Assembly (NCBI GenBank): GCA_964575445.1 | Contig: CAZNRT010000002.1 | Location: 6,328-61,267, forward strand | Direction of reading: 5' to 3' | From: an uncultured Proteiniphilum sp. | GTDB taxonomy: Bacteria > Bacteroidota > Bacteroidia > Bacteroidales > Dysgonomonadaceae | Length of the DNA: 54,940 nucleotides | Shown here: positions 53,408-54,940 of the stretch, piece by piece | Position numbering within the stretch: the first letter of the stretch is position 1 | How the letters are laid out: every line of letters starts with the position of its first letter | Made by a program: the position numbers and the translations under genes | Notes under the pieces: generated by a model | The model's input: only the letters and a program-made list of their open reading frames with translations | Database searches by the model: none | What the model was told of the DNA's origin: nothing

Positions 53408-54640
53408 ATGAAAATAGAAATTATTACAATAGGCGATGAGATTTTGATTGGTCAAATCTTAGACACCAATTCCACATGGATGGCATCAGAACTAACCAAG
53501 CTTGGGTTTGACATTGTGGCAATTACCTCAATTGGTGATAGCTCTCAAAGCATTACTAATGCCATAGATACTGCTTTCAATCGAGCTAATATTGTTTTGA
53601 TGACAGGTGGTATCGGTCCCACAAAGGATGACATCACCAAAGTCACACTTTGCTCATATTTCAATACTCACATGGTGTTTGACGAATCCGTAATGCATAA
53701 TATTGAGAAAATATTCGCAATCAAAAAATTTAATATCAACGAGCTAACTCGCAATCAAGCCTTTGTGCCTAACGATAGCAGAGTGATACAAAACACGGTT
53801 GGCACTGCCCCACTCCTTTGGTTCGAGAAAGAGAACAAAGTCTTAGTATCAATGCCTGGTGTGCCCTTCGAGATGAAAAACGCAATGAGCAATGAAATAA
53901 TTCCACAGCTCATCAAGCATTTTAGAGTTGACAACTATCAAAGTATCACTATATCAGTTTCAGGAATCACCGAGTCTGCCTTAGCAATGAAGTTAGAGGT
54001 TTTCGAAAACAACTTGCCCTCTTATGCTTCGCTTGCATATCTTCCATCCTACGGGCTGATCCGCTTGCGCTTGTCAATAAGAAGCAGCGGCAATGGGGCT
54101 AACCTCACATTATTGGCTGATGATCTAAAGCAGTTGGTCAATGATTATCTAATAGATGATATCGACAGACCAATTGAAGAGCTCTTAGGCACAATTTTAA
54201 AAGAAAAAGGACTATCATTGGCTACAGCCGAAAGTTGCACAGGTGGCAACATATCGCATCGCATCACTGAAATATCTGGCTCGTCAATATATTTCAGAGG
54301 TGGAGTAGTGTCATACGCCAACGAGGTTAAAGAAAACATATTAGGTGTGTCTCCCTCCACATTATATACATATGGTGCCGTTAGTGCGCAAGTTGCCGAA
54401 CAAATGGCTCAAGGAGTAGCCAATATTCTAAATACAGATTGTGCTATAGCCGTTACTGGAATTGCGGGACCAAATGGTGGAAGTGCCGAAAAACCAGTAG
54501 GTACTACATACATTAGCACCAAGCTTGGAGATAATATAACTACTGTGAAATATCAATTTGGCACCTCTCGCCAAGAAAATATAAACAGAGCAACCAACAT
54601 GGCCATATTGCAACTCATAAAAATGTTGACAATAAAGTAA
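53408..54640 (+). CDS. cinA: CinA / NMN deamidase-related protein
   Basis: IGDEILIGQILDTN, GGIGPTKDDIT, PGVPFEM, AESCTGG, TGIAGP. Confidence 0.94.
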   Translation: MKIEIITIGDEILIGQILDTNSTWMASELTKLGFDIVAITSIGDSSQSITNAIDTAFNRANIVLMTGGIGPTKDDITKVTLCSYFNTHMVFDESVMHNIEKIFAIKKFNINELTRNQAFVPNDSRVIQNTVGTAPLLWFEKENKVLVSMPGVPFEMKNAMSNEIIPQLIKHFRVDNYQSITISVSGITESALAMKLEVFENNLPSYASLAYLPSYGLIRLRLSIRSSGNGANLTLLADDLKQLVNDYLIDDIDRPIEELLGTILKEKGLSLATAESCTGGNISHRITEISGSSIYFRGGVVSYANEVKENILGVSPSTLYTYGAVSAQVAEQMAQGVANILNTDCAIAVTGIAGPNGGSAEKPVGTTYISTKLGDNITTVKYQFGTSRQENINRATNMAILQLIKMLTIK

Positions 54641-54705
54641 CCTTACACCATAATACATTAAGCAGAACTTATTTTTAGGCACTTATATGTAATATTTTCT
54701 TGCTA

Positions 54706-54940
54706 AATAATCTTTTTTTATCACTCTTGCTGATCAGCATAAGTGAGAATAATCTTTTTTAATCACTCATGTTGGTCAGCATGAACGGGAAAAATTGATT
54801 TTAATCATTCATGTTGGTCAGCATGAACGAGAATAATTGATTTTAATCACTCATGTTGGTCAGCATGAACGGGAAAAATCGTTTTCAATCACTCATGTTG
54901 GTCAGCATGGATGGGAATAATCTTTTTCAATCACTCATGT
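54706..54940. repeat. Tandem array C: at least 6 copies (runs off the window), exact 42-bp period, consensus AATAATCTTTTTYAATCACTCATGTTGGTCAGCATGAACGGG
   Basis: ATCA(C/T)TC anchors at 54720, 54762, 54804, 54846, 54888 and 54930. Confidence 0.97.

Overview
Low-GC Bacteroidales chromosomal segment (many TAnnTTTG promoters; Bacteroidota-type gene orders such as amn-holA and mreBCD-mrdA-rodA). The left end carries an accessory Type III restriction-modification pair (mod truncated by the window edge) and a DUF1846 gene. The rest is mostly housekeeping: ettA, wza/wzc, sdaA, a GH2 beta-mannosidase, relA/spoT, nfeD, amn, holA, gpx, ruvC, tRNA-Ala(GGC), rplU/rpmA, pyrF, prfA, purM, gyrA, secA, lnb-like, the mre/mrd cluster, purH, rpmE2 and cinA. 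The strongest unexplained signal is non-coding. Three intergenic tandem arrays (about 6.4, 27.4 and 54.7 kb) differ in sequence but share a 42-bp period (four helical turns) and one unit design: an A/T-tract block plus an imperfect dyad. Around the middle array, A-tract phasing persists for about 600 bp although the sequence has diverged. Other observations: a dif-like Xer site at 33.35 kb where gene orientation converges, about 10 ACAWWTGT-like dyads upstream of an XRE-HTH gene, a short REP-like in-frame insert in mod, and several probable pseudoenzymes. All calls come from reading the sequence; no database searches were run.
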